A stretch of 64,000 bases of DNA from a virus. Its lineage: Duplodnaviria > Heunggongvirae > Uroviricota > Caudoviricetes. Each line of letters opens with the position of its first letter. The stretch's first letter is position 1. Where the stretch lies: the IMG/VR virus record IMGVR_UViG_3300017963_000216, positions 33,863 to 97,862 of that record; one strand, written 5' to 3'. Under the pieces are notes generated by a model. It saw only the letters and a program-made list of their open reading frames with translations, did no database searches and was not told the origin of the DNA. The position numbers and the translations under genes are program-made. Positions 63,015 to 64,000 of the stretch are shown here, one piece after another.

Positions 63015-63671
63015 TTACCCTTTCCTTAGCCCCTCTGCGATTTCTAGCCACACCACAGCGTGTTGCTCCGGGGTGGTCAGTTGCCTAGTGGCACAAGCCT
63101 TGCCGATCTTTTCCAGGAGCGGCTTCCAATTATCCATGTCGTCGCCGACGATGGCGCGGTTCGCCTCGGCGGTGGCGGTTATCCAGTCTTTTGGTTCGGG
63201 GAGGTTCGCCATGTCGGCGGCGATCTTCTCGAAGCTGCGTGCAAGGGCCTCCACTTGGCCGCTGTCGAGCTTCATTGAGTCCATCCAGTACGGAATCCAC
63301 TCTGCGAGAGACTCGGTCTCAGGCTGCGTGGGAGGCCCTACGATGCGTATCACGTGGGTGACGATGTCCAGCGTTCCGTCCAAGGCACAGCCGACGATGA
63401 ATCGGTACTGCCCTGGTGCTCTCGCCGAAAACATTGCCCTGCGCCCGGAGTCAATCACCTCGAAGTCAACAGAGTCCGGGACCAATATCCACTGAAAGGA
63501 TTCAGCGGTGGACTCGGAAACATCTAAGCGGACCAGCTCACCGACTCTTGCTTTAGATGGGGCGTCAAGGACTATCTTCGCGCAACTGTCGTTAGCGGGG
63601 ACAGTCGCCTCTTGGGCCAGCGTGGGCATGGTCATGCAGAGAGTGAGGACGATAGAGGCGAAGAGTTTCAT
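63015..63671 (-). CDS. secreted hypothetical protein
   Basis: Internal start MKLFASIVLTLCMTMPTLAQE is a Sec-type signal; the upstream part of the track ORF is Arg/Pro-rich junk. Confidence 0.5.
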   Translation of the reverse strand: MKLFASIVLTLCMTMPTLAQEATVPANDSCAKIVLDAPSKARVGELVRLDVSESTAESFQWILVPDSVDFEVIDSGRRAMFSARAPGQYRFIVGCALDGTLDIVTHVIRIVGPPTQPETESLAEWIPYWMDSMKLDSGQVEALARSFEKIAADMANLPEPKDWITATAEANRAIVGDDMDNWKPLLEKIGKACATRQLTTPEQHAVVWLEIAEGLRKG

Positions 63672-63874
63672 TCGTAAAGCCTTATTACGTGGTTGTCTTG
63701 TGCCAAGAGGTTTGCCAGCCTCTCGAAGGTCGCCCTTTGGGCGTTGCGCTTTGTTTTGTATTCGGAGAGCGTCTGTTTCTCCAGGACTCGCCCGCACTCG
63801 CAGATGAGGACGTACGGAGGATCATGGTCAGTGATCCCCACGTGGTCTCGGGCACAGTCGCAGAAGATTCTCAT
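63668..63874 (-). CDS. small zinc-ribbon protein
   Basis: CDC...CEC Cys pairs; ATGA-coupled. Confidence 0.45.
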   Translation of the reverse strand: MRIFCDCARDHVGITDHDPPYVLICECGRVLEKQTLSEYKTKRNAQRATFERLANLLAQDNHVIRLYE

Positions 63875-64000
63875 TAGTACGCTTCGACCGGTCGGTCGGT
63901 TCCTTCTTCCTTGTCAGCCATGTAGCTGATCTCTTCGATCAGGTTTAGCAGTCGCGTGGCGATGCAGAACTCTTCGGCGTCGATGTACTTGTGAGCCAGG
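63874..64000 (-). CDS. hypothetical protein, partial (N-terminus beyond window end)
   Basis: Open frame ...LAHKYIDAEEFCIATRLLNLIEEISYMADKEEGTDRPVEAY ending at TAA, which overlaps the next ATG. Confidence 0.35.
   Translation of the reverse strand, partial: LAHKYIDAEEFCIATRLLNLIEEISYMADKEEGTDRPVEAY

Noticed and set aside
1-64000. CRISPR arrays, integrase/attP, transposases, toxin-antitoxin pairs.
   Set aside because: Scanning by eye found no short regularly spaced direct repeats. It also found no tyrosine or serine recombinase motifs and no transposase-like ORFs. The only repeats found are the iterons, the tRNA-region 60-bp repeats and the promoter boxes.

Overview
This window reads as a 64-kb stretch of a moderately high-GC tailed dsDNA phage or prophage genome, with siphovirus-like gene order. 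Nearly every gene is on the minus strand in tightly coupled operons with ATGA/GTGA overlaps. The one plus-strand island (26.6-31.2 kb) encodes a primase-polymerase/helicase, a dNTP diphosphohydrolase-like protein and a DnaQ-like exonuclease. The left half (1-31 kb) is an early/replication module: a radical SAM enzyme coupled to a Cys-rich small ORF, a family A DNA polymerase, an SNF2 helicase, a ParB-like protein, a GT41 glycosyltransferase plus sugar-type C-methyltransferase pair, and a tRNA cluster with several sigma70-like promoters. The right half (31.4-61 kb, minus strand) is a morphogenesis module: terminase small and large subunits, an HNH nuclease, portal, scaffold, major capsid, connectors, major tail protein, tape measure and minor tail proteins. 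Two leucine-rich-repeat paralogs and a cluster of exported enzymes (thioredoxin, a Tat-dependent papain-like peptidase and further secreted proteins) sit at the right edge. The most interesting candidates are the phage-borne RiPP-like radical SAM cassette, the GT41/methyltransferase pair next to virion proteins crowded with N-X-S/T sequons, an iteron-rich origin-like or centromere-like region, aberrant tRNA-like elements, and the exported thioredoxin/cysteine-protease cluster. All calls rest on motif reading of the supplied six-frame translations; no database searches were run.
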